DNA of 64,000 nucleotides from Syntrophales bacterium (GTDB lineage: Bacteria > Desulfobacterota > Syntrophia > Syntrophales > UBA5619): contig JALNYO010000020.1 in NCBI GenBank assembly GCA_023229765.1, positions 1,525-65,524 on the forward strand. Direction: 5' to 3'. The position numbers and the translations under genes were made by a program. The notes beneath the pieces are model-generated. The model was not told where the DNA came from. It worked only from the letters and a program-made list of their open reading frames with translations, and did no database searches. Below, in pieces: positions 38,401 to 46,123 of this stretch. Each line of letters opens with the position of its first letter. The first letter of the stretch is position 1.

Positions 38401-39869
38401 TGGCTTCCTGCTCTCCGCGTACCCATGAAGGCCTGTTTCAGGAGAATTGCGAAAAGGCCGGCCTGAACAGATACCTGTTTGAGATGGCTAACATCCGCGA
38501 TCAGGATTCCTGGGTTCACGTGCATGAACCGGAAGCGGCAACGCAAAAAGCCAAGGATTTGGTCAGAATGTCTGTAGCCAAGGCGCACTATTTAAAACCC
38601 CTGAAGCCCGGTCAGCTTCCCGTCAATCACGCGGCCTTGATTATTGGCGGTGGTCTGGCCGGGATGACGGCAGCACTGACGCTGGCTGATCTGAATTTCC
38701 CGTCCTTCATTGTGGAGAAGGAAGATCAGTTGGGTGGCAATTACCGTCGTTTGTATAAAACTCTCGAAGGGCTCGATACCCGCGACCACCTTAAAAACCT
38801 TTTGGGAAAGGTAGATGATAATCCGTTAATCACCGTCGTTCAAAACGCGCAAATCAAGAAAATTGAAGGCTTTATCGGCAATTACAAAACAACCGTACTG
38901 GCCAGGGATGTTGAAAAAGTTTTTGAACACGGCGTTGTGATTGTCGCGAGTGGAGCCTATGAACATAAACCGCAGGAATATCTCTACGGTCAAAACGCCA
39001 AAATTAAAACACAAAGAGAGCTGGAGAGTCTGATTTGCGAAGAAGCCCCTGAACTTGCCGCTGCTAAAAACATCGTCATGATTCAATGCGTCGGTTCCCG
39101 CGATAAGGAGCGGCCTTACTGCAGCCGATTCTGTTGCAGCGAGGCCATAAAGAATGCACTGATATTGAAGGCTAACGATCCGTCCCGGGACATTACAATA
39201 ATTTACCGTGATATCCGTACATACGGCTTTAAGGAAGATTATTACAAAGAGGCGCGTGAGGCGAATATAAAGTTTATCTCCTATGAAGAGGCGATAAAGC
39301 CGGAAATTGTTGCCGCCGGCGATAAAGTGACGGTAAATATTCTGGATCCTATTCTTGATGAAGCAGTCAGTCTGCCTGCCGATATTGTGGTCTTGAGTGT
39401 CGGCGTTGTGCCCAATCCGGAAAATGTGATGATCGGCAATATGTTGAAAGTGCCGACCAATCAGGACGGGTTTTTCCTCGAGGCGCATGTGAAATTGCGC
39501 CCGGTGGATTTTGCGACCGATGGTGTCTTTATGTGCGGTATGGCGCATTCGCCGAAGTTCAGCGACGAATCCGTTACCCAGGCAAATGCCGCTGTTTCTC
39601 GCGCCTGTATGATTTTGACACAGGATTACATTGAGGCGGAAGGAAAGACGGCTTTTGTCAACAAAGAGCTCTGCTCGGCGTGCGGGCTTTGCGAAATCAA
39701 CTGTCCGTTCGGCGCTATTGCGGTCAACGTCATTGAAGGCTGCGCTGAAGTCAATGCCGTCCTTTGCAAGGGCTGCGGCGTCTGCACGGCATCCTGCCGC
39801 ATGAACGCCGCTGATTTGAACGGCTTTAACAATGAGGAAATACTCTCCCAAATTGGGGCATTTTATTAA
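35442..39869 (+). CDS. Giant HdrA-like flavo-iron-sulfur protein with an inserted GltD/NfnB-like NAD(P)H oxidoreductase module (HdrL-type)
   Basis: HdrA N-terminus (VVGSGIAGIQASLDLA, DKCTGCGDCANVCP). GltD-like insert at ~35910-37124 (CPAH..CGRVCNHPCE; VAIVGAGPAGLTAAYYL; VVGGGNVAMD; FAGGD). HdrA core resumes (FIQCVGSRD, CSSVCCMYA). A second HdrA-like module starts at ~38625 (IIGGGLAGMTAAL, IQCVGSRD, CSRFCCSEA) and ends in two ferredoxin CxxCxxCxxxC motifs. The ORF opens at the TTG at 35400. I prefer the GTG at 35442, which follows a GAGG. Confidence 0.85.
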   Translation: MLKDNEKVGAVMVVGSGIAGIQASLDLANSGIKVYLVENGISVGGVMAQLDKTFPTNDCSACILSPKLVEVGRHPNVDIMTRRTVETVEGEPGHFKIKMTRAPRFVNLDKCTGCGDCANVCPVSVLSGFNGDLSERKAIYRHFPQAIPSAFAIDKLGTSPCKAACPAHISVQGYIALIAAGKYREALKLIKNDNPFPSVCGRVCNHPCETACKRGEVEQPVDIMHLKRFVADLDLNDASKFIPEIAEKKNKKVAIVGAGPAGLTAAYYLAIEGYDIEVFEALPVAGGWLAVGIPEYRLPKNIFNAEIRIIEDLGVKIKLNTRVGIDVTLAELKNNHDAVFIGCGSHISSKLDIPGEDLEGVIHGIDYLKRVNLGDKIFLGNRVAVVGGGNVAMDAVRTAIRTGSREVFILYRRTRDEMPAAPDEIEEALEEGIRMEFLAAPVRIIGNNGRVTAVECLRMELGEPDASGRRRPVPIKGSEFTIEVDAVVPAIGQANELSFISKESGITINKWNNIDADAVTFATSVPGIFAGGDVTTGPATAVKAINAGKQAAISISRYLNGGDLGAGRAHDWTKGLADHGDNSKVKKVKRVEYPLMEVKKRKSNFDEVGLGFTEEQAKAEAARCLSCGICSECYQCVDACLAKAIDHDMIFEEETIDVGAVIASPGFEIFDARLRGEYGYGIYKNVVSSIQFERILSASGPFFGHVQRISDGKEPRKIAFIQCVGSRDTSCNNSWCSSVCCMYATKEAIIGKEHANGLDATIFYMDIRAHGKDFDRFVNRAKEEYGIRYIRSLPSVIKELQQTNNLLITYVKPDGTLVEEEFDMVVLSVGLTPPKEANKLSASLGIELEKHGFCKTTMENPVQTSRPGVFVCGAFGGPKDIPETVMEASAAAACAEGLLAAKRGTLTIAEEMPEEKDLRGQAVRTGVFVCHCGINIGGVVDVPSVRDYASTLPSVVYAADNLFTCSQDTAVKMAEVIKEHNLTRVVVASCSPRTHEGLFQENCEKAGLNRYLFEMANIRDQDSWVHVHEPEAATQKAKDLVRMSVAKAHYLKPLKPGQLPVNHAALIIGGGLAGMTAALTLADLNFPSFIVEKEDQLGGNYRRLYKTLEGLDTRDHLKNLLGKVDDNPLITVVQNAQIKKIEGFIGNYKTTVLARDVEKVFEHGVVIVASGAYEHKPQEYLYGQNAKIKTQRELESLICEEAPELAAAKNIVMIQCVGSRDKERPYCSRFCCSEAIKNALILKANDPSRDITIIYRDIRTYGFKEDYYKEAREANIKFISYEEAIKPEIVAAGDKVTVNILDPILDEAVSLPADIVVLSVGVVPNPENVMIGNMLKVPTNQDGFFLEAHVKLRPVDFATDGVFMCGMAHSPKFSDESVTQANAAVSRACMILTQDYIEAEGKTAFVNKELCSACGLCEINCPFGAIAVNVIEGCAEVNAVLCKGCGVCTASCRMNAADLNGFNNEEILSQIGAFY

Positions 39870-39909
39870 CGATAAGCATCGCGGCAAAAACGCCGTGCAG
39901 GGAGTATAT

Positions 39910-40350
39910 ATGGCTGAAAATTTGGAAAAAGAAAAATGGGAACCCAAAATTGTCGCAATTGTCTGCAACTGGTGCACCTATGCCGGTGCCGATCTGGCGG
40001 GCATCAGCAGAATTCAGTATCCGCCCAATGTGAGAATTATCCGGGTTCCCTGCACCGGCAGGATTAATCCTTTTTATATAGTGAAAGCACTTCAGGAAGG
40101 GGCAGACGGGGTTCTGGTTTCCGGTTGTCATCCCGGCGAGTGCCACTATATATCGGGAAATTTGGTTGCCCGCCGCAAGTTTGCCGCGTTAAAAAGTTTC
40201 CTGAATTACATCGGCATCGAAGGCGACAGGACGATATTTACCTGGGTCTCCGCCTCCGAAGGCGACCGTTTTGCGCAAGTCATCAGGGGTGTGACCGCCA
40301 AGGTCAAGGCCCTCGGACCTGCTGAAAAAATGATCAAGCAAATTGGTTAA
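39910..40350 (+). CDS. MvhD/FlxD-like (methyl-viologen-reducing hydrogenase delta subunit family) protein
   Basis: KIVAIVCNWCTYAGADLAG ... IRVPCTGR ... GADGVLVSGCHPGECHY is the family signature. The ATG at 39910 follows a GCAGGGAG RBS. Confidence 0.85.
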   Translation: MAENLEKEKWEPKIVAIVCNWCTYAGADLAGISRIQYPPNVRIIRVPCTGRINPFYIVKALQEGADGVLVSGCHPGECHYISGNLVARRKFAALKSFLNYIGIEGDRTIFTWVSASEGDRFAQVIRGVTAKVKALGPAEKMIKQIG

Positions 40351-40378
40351 TTGGAAAATAGATTATTGATGGAGCCCA

Positions 40379-41389
40379 ATGGTGGAAAACATCGAAATAA
40401 AATTACGGGACGAAGCAAAAAGGCTGCTTTTGGAAAAAAGTGTTGATGTCATTATCGGCTATGAAACGGGAACATTGCCTTTGACTGCGACCCCATGCTT
40501 TATAAACTCTCCGGAAGAAGCCGAGAAACTGGTCTTCAACGAGCTCTGCACGCAAAATATTGCTAAATATGTCCATGATTTTATCACTAATCACAAGAAT
40601 TCCCAGAAGCGCGTCAAACCGGAAGACCGCAAAAAGAAGGTTATCGGCGTTGTCGCCCGCGGCTGCACAACCAGGTCACTTGTTCTCCATCTCCAGGAGA
40701 GACAGTACGACCGCGATGAAGTGCATATCATCGGCGTCCCCTGCGAAGGGTATCTGGACAGAAAAAAACTGGAGAAAACGTTGCAGGGTGAAGAAATTCT
40801 GGATGGGAATGTTGAAAACGGACAGATTAAAGTCAAGACCGCCGCCGGGGATAAAACTCTTTCCCGGGCCGATCTTCTTGCCGACAACTGCCGCGCCTGC
40901 CGGTTTAATAATCCGATTATTTCCGACATCATTATCGGGTCTCCGGCCCCGGCCATGAACCCGGATAATGAATACGAAAAAATTAATGAATTTGAGAAAA
41001 AATCCCTTGCAGAGCGCTGGGCTCACTTCACAAAGGAAATGGGGAAATGCCTCCGCTGTTACGCCTGCCGTCAGGCCTGTCCTTCCTGTTACTGTCCGAC
41101 GTGCTTTGCCGAACAGAGCCAGCCGCAGTGGGTGGGCATCGGTGATGACGAGAGCGATACGCAGGTATTTCAATGTATGCGCTTATTTCACATGGTCGGC
41201 CGTTGTGTTGATTGCGGCTCCTGTGTTTCCGTTTGCACGACGGGTGTTGACCTGCGCAACTATTTGAAAAAGGAAGAAAAGGATTGTTGGGAACTTTTCG
41301 GCAGCAGGGCGGGCTCTTCGCTGGAAGAGATGCCGCCCTTGGGCAAATACGGCGAGCATGACAAGCAGGATTTTATCTACAACCCATAA
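40379..41389 (+). CDS. Iron-sulfur protein, sulfhydrogenase-beta/AsrA-like (FlxC-like)
   Basis: C-terminal CLRCYACRQACPSCYCPTC ... CVDCGSCVSVC pattern, shared with the 42886 gene. The N-terminal half was not recognised. Confidence 0.55.
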   Translation: MVENIEIKLRDEAKRLLLEKSVDVIIGYETGTLPLTATPCFINSPEEAEKLVFNELCTQNIAKYVHDFITNHKNSQKRVKPEDRKKKVIGVVARGCTTRSLVLHLQERQYDRDEVHIIGVPCEGYLDRKKLEKTLQGEEILDGNVENGQIKVKTAAGDKTLSRADLLADNCRACRFNNPIISDIIIGSPAPAMNPDNEYEKINEFEKKSLAERWAHFTKEMGKCLRCYACRQACPSCYCPTCFAEQSQPQWVGIGDDESDTQVFQCMRLFHMVGRCVDCGSCVSVCTTGVDLRNYLKKEEKDCWELFGSRAGSSLEEMPPLGKYGEHDKQDFIYNP

Positions 41390-41407
41390 TAAGTTCGGGT
41401 AAAAAAG

Positions 41408-41956
41408 GTGAATATGAAAACTTTCCTGAATGAAGTTAATGAGCGGATTGACGGAGTGGTCCTGCAGAGATGCTATCACTGCCGCAGGTGCACTGCCGGC
41501 TGTCCCGTCGCTGCCTACATGGAATATAACCCGAACAAGGTTATAAGGATGATTCAAAACGGCAAACGCGCTGAAGTACTCAACAGCTCGACCATCTGGC
41601 TTTGTCTTTCCTGCGAAACCTGCGTAACCCGCTGTCCCAATGAGGTGGATATAGCGCGGATGATGGATGTTTTAAGGCAGATGGCAATTGAGTCCGGCGT
41701 TGTCGCTCACGAGAAAAACATCCTGAAATTCCACGAGGCCTTCCTTTCCAATATCAAAATGTTGGGCAGAATCAATGAGCCCCTGCTGATGGTGCAGTAT
41801 AAATTAAAATCCGGTGATTTGTTTTCGGACATGCTTCTGGGTGCAGATATGCTTGCCAAAGGCAAATTGTCCCTGTTGTCGCCACGGACTAAGGATTTGA
41901 AATCCGTGAAAGACATCTTTGAAAAAAATCAGGCCCAGGGGGATAAATTTCTTTAG
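41408..41956 (+). CDS. hdrC: Heterodisulfide reductase subunit C-like (2x[4Fe-4S])
   Basis: CYHCRRCTAGCP and CLSCETCVTRCP motifs in a ~180-aa protein. The start is either the GTG at 41408 or the ATG at 41414. Confidence 0.8.
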   Translation: MNMKTFLNEVNERIDGVVLQRCYHCRRCTAGCPVAAYMEYNPNKVIRMIQNGKRAEVLNSSTIWLCLSCETCVTRCPNEVDIARMMDVLRQMAIESGVVAHEKNILKFHEAFLSNIKMLGRINEPLLMVQYKLKSGDLFSDMLLGADMLAKGKLSLLSPRTKDLKSVKDIFEKNQAQGDKFL

Positions 41957-41982
41957 AAACAAAGTGTTGGTAAATAAGGAGG

Positions 41983-42837
41983 TTGGTGTTGAAGGTTTCC
42001 TACTATCCCGGCTGCTCTCTGCATGCGACGGGAAAAGAATATGACCAGTCAATGAGGACTGTCAGCAGCGCACTGGGGATTGAACTCAGGGAAGTTGAAG
42101 ACTGGTCCTGCTGTGGGGCTTCGTCCGCGCACAGCACAAATTTCGACCTCTCCATTGCCCTGTCGGCGCGCAACATGATTATCGCTCAGAGGGACGACAG
42201 GGATGTCATGGTTCCCTGCGCCGCCTGTTTCAATCGTTTCAAAACGGCTGAACATCATCTGAAAACCGACGAGAAACTGAAAACAAGGATTGAAGGCATC
42301 GTCGGCGCCAAATACGAGGGTGGAAACGCAATCCGCAATCCGATAGATATTATTTACAATGAAATCGGTTTGGATACGCTGGCAGCAAAAGTGACTAAAC
42401 AATTGTCCGGGTTAAGGCCGGTTGCCTATTACGGCTGTCTGCTTTTACGGCCCCCGGAGGTCTGTGCCTTCGATAATTACGAAAACCCTCACCTGCTTGG
42501 CGACATATTGGATGCGCTCGGCGCTGATGTACACAACTGGTCCTATAAAACCTGTTGCTGCGGTGGCAGTTTGGCCATCAGTAAAACAAACATTGTTGTA
42601 AACATGGTTGACAGACTGATGCGAGCGGCTCGGGAAGCGGGAGCTAACTGTGTGGTTACCGCCTGTCCTTTGTGCATGAATAATCTCGACATGCGTCCCT
42701 CTCCGGAATTGAAAATGCCTGTATTTTATTTTACCGAACTAATGGCGCTGGCCATGGAATTATCTGGAGCAGAGGAGACTTTCAAATCACACATCTTTGA
42801 TCCGCGGCCATTACTCCGCGGGTTGAAGCTTATTTAA
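41983..42837 (+). CDS. hdrB: Heterodisulfide reductase subunit B-like (two CCG domains)
   Basis: YYPGCS...CCGA...PCAACF and YYGCLL...CCGG...ACPLC motifs. The start is ambiguous among the TTG/GTG/TTG codons at 41983-41989, after an AAGGAGG RBS. Confidence 0.85.
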   Translation: MVLKVSYYPGCSLHATGKEYDQSMRTVSSALGIELREVEDWSCCGASSAHSTNFDLSIALSARNMIIAQRDDRDVMVPCAACFNRFKTAEHHLKTDEKLKTRIEGIVGAKYEGGNAIRNPIDIIYNEIGLDTLAAKVTKQLSGLRPVAYYGCLLLRPPEVCAFDNYENPHLLGDILDALGADVHNWSYKTCCCGGSLAISKTNIVVNMVDRLMRAAREAGANCVVTACPLCMNNLDMRPSPELKMPVFYFTELMALAMELSGAEETFKSHIFDPRPLLRGLKLI

Positions 42838-42885
42838 CGGTGCGGCAGATTTGCTGAAACGAAGGCACATAAGTTAGAGGAAATT

Positions 42886-43908
42886 ATGGAAAAGCGGTTA
42901 ATCAACAAAGATTCGCTTGCAGGTATAGCCAGAAAGATGGCGATGGAATTGACGGTTTGGGTTCCGGTAAGAGAGGAGGATAACGTGCTTTTCGCGCCCC
43001 TGTCTCAAGATACGGAGCCATTTTTCGCCTATCTCAATTCCCGAAACGCGCCCAAGCAGGTATTCTTCCCGCATACGGAAAAGCTGATGAAATACACCCG
43101 CACTCCGAAAGGAATGGTCTTTTCTGAGGAAGAAAGTAAGGCAGATAAAGCGGTCCTTTTCGGCGTTCGTCCCTGTGACGCCCAGAGCTTTGCGCTACTG
43201 GACATGCTTTTTGATCAGGAAAAGTACAGGGATCCATACTATGTCGCCAAAAGAAACAATACCACGGTCATTACTCTGACCTGTGTGCAGCCGCCGTACG
43301 CTACCTGCTTCTGTACCTCTGTGGATGGTGAACCGCTTTCCGGCGGGGGCGCGGATATTCTGCTGACGGAGCTTGACGCAAATTATCTGGCGGAATTCAT
43401 CACGGCCAAAGGAGAAAAACTGCTGAAATATTTCGGCGATCTCAAAACCGATGAAGCTGACGACAGCAGGAAGATGGAGGTCAGCGAAAAGGCAAAGCAG
43501 GCCATCAAATCCAAAATACCGGCTCATGAAATAAAACCGCTTCTGGATAGCAATTTTGAGCATCCCTTCTGGGCGACAATCCACAGCAAGTGCCTCGCCT
43601 GCGGAACCTGCACCTATCTGTGCCCCACCTGCCATTGCTTCGACATCAGCGATGAGGCTACGGGAAGCGACGGGGTGCGGATTCGTTCGTGGGATTCTTG
43701 CATGTTTCCTCTTTTCACGAAAGAAACGTCCGGACACAATCCGCGAACCTCGCAGAAAGAGAGATGGCGCCAGCGCATCATGCACAAATTCAAGTATTAT
43801 GTGGATAATTTTAACGCCATCGCCTGCGTGGGTTGCGGCCGTTGTGTGAGATCCTGTCCCGTTAATCTGGACATCAGAAAAGTCGTGGAAGATATTTCCA
43901 AGTTATAG
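42886..43908 (+). CDS. Iron-sulfur protein, sulfhydrogenase-beta/AsrA-like (FlxB-like)
   Basis: CLACGTCTYLCPTCHCFD ... ACVGCGRCVRSCP in a 340-aa protein. Confidence 0.65.
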   Translation: MEKRLINKDSLAGIARKMAMELTVWVPVREEDNVLFAPLSQDTEPFFAYLNSRNAPKQVFFPHTEKLMKYTRTPKGMVFSEEESKADKAVLFGVRPCDAQSFALLDMLFDQEKYRDPYYVAKRNNTTVITLTCVQPPYATCFCTSVDGEPLSGGGADILLTELDANYLAEFITAKGEKLLKYFGDLKTDEADDSRKMEVSEKAKQAIKSKIPAHEIKPLLDSNFEHPFWATIHSKCLACGTCTYLCPTCHCFDISDEATGSDGVRIRSWDSCMFPLFTKETSGHNPRTSQKERWRQRIMHKFKYYVDNFNAIACVGCGRCVRSCPVNLDIRKVVEDISKL

Positions 43909-43910
43909 TC

Positions 43911-44762
43911 ATGGAGCAAGTAATGCAAAATCCTTATATCCCGTATCCTGTTGAGATCGCCAAAATTATCACGGAAGTGGACACGAAAGACATCAAGACT
44001 TTCCGTTTGAAATTCGTGAATAAGGAAGACGAAGAGGCATTCCAATATATTCCCGGCCAGTTCGGCGAGCTTTCCGTTTACGGCAAAGGGGAATCTCCCA
44101 TAGGGATTGCCTCCTCGCCCACGCAGAAGGGCTATATAGAATTTACCGTGCAGAAAGCGGGAGTCGTTACCAGCGCCCTCCATGAAATGGAAGAAGGAAC
44201 CATGATGGGTGTGCGCGGCCCGATGGGCAATTCCTGGCCGATCGAGTATCTGGAAGGGAAAAACCTGGTGATTGTCGGTGGTGGTTTTGCCTTTACAACT
44301 TTGCGATCCCTGATTAATTACATGATTTATGAAGACAACCGCAAACGTTTCGGTAAAATTACCATTATTTACGGTTCCAGAAATCCTGGTTTGCTGCTTT
44401 ATAAAGACGAACTTGCCGCCTGGGAAAAAAGGGACGACCTGAACGTAAATATCACGGTTGATAAGGGAGATGCGACGTGGAAGGGCAGGGAAGGATTTGT
44501 CCCCACAGTGTGCAAAGAGGTGGCGCCCAGTTCCGAAAACGCAGTGACCGTTATCTGCGGCCCGCCCATCATGATCCGCTTTACGCTGCCGGTCTTTTTC
44601 GATTTGGGATTCTCGAAGGAAAATATCATCACATCGCTGGAAATGCGGATGAAATGTGGTATAGGCAAGTGCGGTCGCTGCAATGTCGGCAATAAGTACG
44701 TCTGCAAAGACGGCCCGGTATTTTCCCTGGCGGAGTTGGACAAACTGACTAAAGAATATTAA
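43911..44762 (+). CDS. FAD/NAD(P)H-binding oxidoreductase with C-terminal [2Fe-2S] (sulfhydrogenase-gamma/AsrB/PyrK-like; FlxA-like)
   Basis: FNR-like fold motifs (PGQF, IGIASSP, LVIVGGGFAF). C-terminal CGIGKCGRCNVG cluster motif. Confidence 0.8.
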   Translation: MEQVMQNPYIPYPVEIAKIITEVDTKDIKTFRLKFVNKEDEEAFQYIPGQFGELSVYGKGESPIGIASSPTQKGYIEFTVQKAGVVTSALHEMEEGTMMGVRGPMGNSWPIEYLEGKNLVIVGGGFAFTTLRSLINYMIYEDNRKRFGKITIIYGSRNPGLLLYKDELAAWEKRDDLNVNITVDKGDATWKGREGFVPTVCKEVAPSSENAVTVICGPPIMIRFTLPVFFDLGFSKENIITSLEMRMKCGIGKCGRCNVGNKYVCKDGPVFSLAELDKLTKEY

Positions 44763-44806
44763 TAAGCTCAATACGTTATAACAATAAACCGGCAGGATTA
44801 TAAAAA

Positions 44807-46123
44807 ATGAAAAGGGTTATTAATTTAGGACTTATCGGTTTTGGCACAATAGGTACAGGTGTAATCAAGCTGCTCCAGAAAAACGGCGAACTGATCGCCG
44901 GACGACTTGGCGCGGAGATTCGACTGAAGAGAATAGCGGATCTCGACATCACCACCCCCCGGGGGGTCGATATCCCGGAGGGTATTCTGACAACAAAAGC
45001 AGACGACATCCTCAATGACCCGGAAATCGACATTGTCATCGAGCTGATGGGTGGATACGAGCCGGCCCGCACCTTTATCCTGAAGGCGATGGACAACAAA
45101 AAACACATTTGCACAGCAAATAAGGCGCTTTTGGCGACTTATGGGGACGATATTTTCCGGAGTGCGCATAGAAACGGTGTCAATATCGGCTTTGAGCCCA
45201 GCGTGGGCGGCACGATCCCGGTCATCAAAACGATCAAGGAGAGTCTGATCGGCAACCGGATCGAATCGATCATGGCGATTGTCAACGGAACGTCAAACTT
45301 TATCCTCAGCAAAATGACCGATGAGGGCGGTTCCTTTGAGACTGTCCTTAAAGAAGCGCAGACACTTGGCTTTGCAGAAGCCAATCCGACCTTTGACATC
45401 GAAGGAGTGGATGCCGCGCACAAGCTTGCCATTCTTCTTTCCCTTTCCTATGGGAAGAGGGTGTGCCTTGAAGATCTGCACAGGGAAGGGATAGCGAGTA
45501 TTGGCGAACAGGATATCGCTTTTGCCAGGGAGCTCGGCTATCGGATAAAATTGCTTGCTATCGCCATCCGGAGGGGTGAATTAATCGAGGCGAGACTACA
45601 CCCGACGATGGTTCCGTTTGGTCACCTTCTTGCCAATGTCAACAGCAATTTCAACGCCTTTCATATCATAGGCGATGCAGCTGATTCCGTGTTTCTCTAT
45701 GGCCAGGGGGCGGGTATGATGCCGACGGCGAGCGCCGTTATCAGCGACGTGGTCGATATCGCCCGGGATATCATCAAGGGGAGCGCGGGACGGGTTCCGC
45801 CCCGGGTCTTTGACGAAGAAAAAATAAGCGATATCAATCTTTTGCCCTTTGAAGAGATTATCACCAATTATTATTTTCGTTTTTCAGTTGCCGACCGACC
45901 GGGTGTCCTTTCCCGCATCTCCGGCATCCTCGGACAGAACAACATCAGCATTGCTGTGGTGATCCAAAAGGGACGAAGGCAGAATGGCGCCGTTCCAATT
46001 GTAATGACTACCTACAAAGCCAAGGAGCGTCATGTCCAAAAGGCTCTTGCGGAGATTGATACGCTTGATGTCGTGATGGGAAAAACCATGCTGATTAGAA
46101 TTGAGGATGATAAACTTTCATGA
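44807..46123 (+). CDS. hom: Homoserine dehydrogenase
   Basis: N-terminal Rossmann motif GLIGFGTIGTG. Catalytic-domain motifs (TANKAL, VGGTIP, NGTSN). C-terminal ACT domain. Confidence 0.92.
   Translation: MKRVINLGLIGFGTIGTGVIKLLQKNGELIAGRLGAEIRLKRIADLDITTPRGVDIPEGILTTKADDILNDPEIDIVIELMGGYEPARTFILKAMDNKKHICTANKALLATYGDDIFRSAHRNGVNIGFEPSVGGTIPVIKTIKESLIGNRIESIMAIVNGTSNFILSKMTDEGGSFETVLKEAQTLGFAEANPTFDIEGVDAAHKLAILLSLSYGKRVCLEDLHREGIASIGEQDIAFARELGYRIKLLAIAIRRGELIEARLHPTMVPFGHLLANVNSNFNAFHIIGDAADSVFLYGQGAGMMPTASAVISDVVDIARDIIKGSAGRVPPRVFDEEKISDINLLPFEEIITNYYFRFSVADRPGVLSRISGILGQNNISIAVVIQKGRRQNGAVPIVMTTYKAKERHVQKALAEIDTLDVVMGKTMLIRIEDDKLS

Noticed and set aside
38826-39977. 383-aa minus-strand ORF
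   Set aside because: It is antisense to the 3' part of the HdrA-like gene and to mvhD. It has no motifs and no RBS context. It is a shadow ORF.
43797-44771. 324-aa minus-strand ORF
   Set aside because: It is antisense to the FlxA-like oxidoreductase gene, which has clear FNR-fold and [2Fe-2S] motifs.
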